Notes under the pieces: generated by a model
Database searches by the model: none
What the model was told of the DNA's origin: nothing
What the model saw: only the letters and a program-made list of their open reading frames with translations
Shown: in pieces, positions 61,527 to 64,000 of the stretch
Position numbering within the stretch: position 1 is the stretch's first letter
Layout: every line of letters begins with the position of its first letter
Assembly (NCBI GenBank): GCA_001179505.1
Contig: CDMY01001064.1
Span: 151,499-215,498 of the forward strand
Length of the DNA: 64,000 nt
From: Vitrella brassicaformis CCMP3155
Lineage: Eukaryota; Protista; Chromerida
Reading direction: 5' to 3'
Made by a program: the position numbers and the translations under genes

Positions 61527-62264
61527 ATGAGCAAGGAGGCTGTCGAGGCGGCCAAGCAGCACGGTGACGCTTTCGTCAAGCTGCCCTTGCTGCCGCCCCT
61601 GCTGCCCTGGGGCTACCTGCAGCCCGCCATCCCCAAGGCCCCAGCGGCCATGCCATTCGTTCCCTCATACAAGCCATATGGCGCGGCATCTCTGGTCACA
61701 AAGGGGGAGTCGATGGTGGTATTCCCCACTCTACGGCAGATGACGCCGCCCAGCCTTGGGGTGCCGGTGTATGGCGGGTCGAGTGAGGCGGTCAACATGC
61801 TGTTTGTCAGGGAGTATCGGGCCATCCTCCATACGAGGGAGAGGGAGGTCGACCTGACCGACGCCTGGCTAGGGATGTTTGATGAGTTCAAGACACTGAC
61901 CAGAAAGGTGACGGTCTACGCCAACTCCTTCCTCAAGGCTGTCGCCGTCAAGGTACTTATACAGACGAGATCAGATCTCTGTGGCAGTCTCTTTCCATAC
62001 TCTCTCTCGATGCCATTCCTCCTATATCGTGAGGTGTCTGCCAAGAGGCCTTCCTTCGACGTTGAGCAGTACAGCGCGTATGTCGATCTGGTCGCGATGT
62101 ATGCTTACGGAGACCTCAGACAGGTAGGTGCAGAGAGACAGAGACCTCAGGTGGGAGGCACACAAAACACGCACACGCACCGCCAGCCTTGCACTCGGCA
62201 GTGCCCATCCCTGCAGCTTGACTGTTGGCGCCGCGGGATGCAGCGACCGACGTCCATCATTTAG
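61527..62264 (+). CDS. hypothetical coding segment in frame with, and just downstream of, the GH97 stop
   Basis: 245-codon ORF with coding-like codon usage and apparent donors at AAG|GTACTT and CAG|GTAGGT. No recognisable GH97 C-terminal motifs. Confidence 0.45.
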   Translation: MSKEAVEAAKQHGDAFVKLPLLPPLLPWGYLQPAIPKAPAAMPFVPSYKPYGAASLVTKGESMVVFPTLRQMTPPSLGVPVYGGSSEAVNMLFVREYRAILHTREREVDLTDAWLGMFDEFKTLTRKVTVYANSFLKAVAVKVLIQTRSDLCGSLFPYSLSMPFLLYREVSAKRPSFDVEQYSAYVDLVAMYAYGDLRQVGAERQRPQVGGTQNTHTHRQPCTRQCPSLQLDCWRRGMQRPTSII

Positions 62265-64000
62265 CAGCTGGCTTTGCTCTCTTGCACGCTGTCACTGAGG
62301 TGAGGCGTCAGCCAAGGCTTCCCAGATGGTATTCAGCACGCTAAGAAGGTGAAAGCCTATCAGCGCACACCTGTCTGCGATCGATCAATGAAGAATGATT
62401 CACGCACGCCACGCCACGCCGATGTGTGTGTCCTCTGAGGTCTGTTTCCTGTGTATGTGCTTCTGTTGTGTGCATTTTTCAACTCGTGTCTCGTGCAAAA
62501 GGCATGTGTATGTGCTGGTGTTGGTTCTTTGTATGCGCGTTGTCGTGCAGTTGTCGTTCCTTGTCGTTGGCGTGTGCTCGCTTGCACGGGTGGTGGTGGG
62601 CCGTGTGCAGGTAGTCGTGCACTTGTCATTTTTTGTGTGTCGTGTGTCGTGATGCATGTGTGCGTGTGGTACCTGTTGGTGGTGGTAAGTGTGCTCGCCT
62701 GCACGTATGCACGTAGTCGTGTTTCTTTTTCGTTGCCGTGGTGGCGGGTTGGTTTTTGTGGTTGGTTGAATGCGTGATCGTCGGTGGTGTTTGTGTTGGT
62801 TTTGTGTGCTCGCCTGCACTTACATATGTATGCGCGCGTAGTCGTGCGGCATCGTGTGCTCGCTGCACGAAAAGGCGTACGGGGGCATGTAGTGCGGGGT
62901 TTGTCCTGCTGCTTAGGGCCATGATTTATCAACACACTGTCTAACGCAGAAAATGGGTTTACTGGTATAGCAAGCAACTGGCTGGCGACAGAGTGTTAGT
63001 GCGCTAGGGACCGACCCACTCACACACACAAGCTGCCTCGATTGTAGGTGTGCAGTGGATCGGTTAGGCTGACCGGGTGAGTGGGGGCGGGGATAAGGGG
63101 GAGGGCGGTCAACTGGCTCACCACACAGTGACTTCCGCCGCCAGATGCCACGGCACTGGCTGGCTGGGGTCTGGCTGGTTGGTTGACTGGCTCCCTGCCC
63201 ATCCATTCTATAAACACATACATGCTGTTCGCGACCTCATTTTCTCTCCCCTGCATACCCTACGTACATCTCAGGCCTGGTCATCTGCCAGAGACGCACA
63301 GAGGCACACAGGTCATCTGCACGCACTGACACGGGAGGCATTCCTCTTTTTCATGTCTCTCTTTGTGTATGTGTGCAGCGGACCCAGATGGCGGTTCTCA
63401 CAGTACGGACAGACAGCGGATGTGTATCGCCAGAACTCGCACATGCCCCTCTTCGTGTGGTGTGCCGTTGATTGTGCGTACGATCAATTCAGCACATGGA
63501 GAGTTTCCGTTTCCACCGATGTCATCTTGTGACCAGGCCACTGACACTTGTACTGACAAAGGTATGCATATGCCTATGTATACACGACCCGCAAACAATC
63601 TTCCTGGTGCGCGGATGATGTGTCAATGCTGCGCCTTGGTCCAGGACATTGTGTCCGTGAGGCAATGAAGGAAAAATGATCCAGCGGGAGACACAGAGAC
63701 ACACAAAGGTGATATATCACGACTTACAAGCTTTTCTTTCTCCCCTTCATAAGTAAGCCGTGTATGTGTATGTGTGTACAGATGCGCCGAATGGAGTATC
63801 CCAGTGAATGTACGGAAGGAGAGCAGAGCAGCGTGAGTCTGAATGTCCTTCATGCTTCTGTGCCAATGCACAGGACACGCACGTCAAACTGCCACTTTCG
63901 CACACCACCTCCGCGAGCAAGCGAATGATGTTCCACGGAAGGTAGGCGCGTGATTTGATTGATATACAGATGGTGCGTTCATGTGTCTCTGTCTGCAGGC

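Noticed and set aside
62360-62977. G/T-skewed stretch with a 205-aa minus-strand ORF, possible mobile element
   Set aside because: Composition-driven T/H/R-rich translation; no terminal inverted repeats, target-site duplication or second copy seen in the window.

Overview
Eukaryotic, GC-rich, intron-dense genomic DNA. Introns are short (about 50-110 nt), mostly GT-AG, and full of (CA)n/(GTCT)n/(GATG)n microsatellites, and there are three 300-N assembly gaps. This style, plus signal+transit (bipartite) plastid leaders and a flagellar-type gene, suggests a photosynthetic alveolate such as the chromerid Vitrella (inference, not verified). About 24 gene models can be built by hand. They include a TPR-methyltransferase, an RCC1 protein, two PaO/TIC55-like Rieske oxygenases flanking fasciclin (FAS1) genes, a DegT-family aminotransferase, a Dpy-30+GAF (RSP2-like) protein, a GH47 mannosidase, FAM32A, OST4, a YeeE/YedE transporter, a HIT protein, a GUP1-like MBOAT, a GT32 glycosyltransferase and a broken bacterial-type GH97. 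Most genes sit in tight head-to-head pairs. The most interesting observations are: (i) OST4 and FAM32A only 54 nt apart on one strand, a candidate bicistronic mRNA, with a second candidate at 7.4-8.1 kb; (ii) an intronless GH97 fragment frameshifted by a visible 10-nt tandem duplication and joined to unrelated sequence; (iii) a PaO-FAS1-FAS1-PaO duplication block with apparent gene conversion confined to the Rieske domain, an exonised FAS1 duplicate and an intron difference between paralogs; (iv) a recurrent AGCTCGC(A) / GAAACCG motif pair in promoters. No rRNA, tRNA, CRISPR array or intact transposon was recognised. All exon boundaries and homology calls come from manual reading, with no database search.
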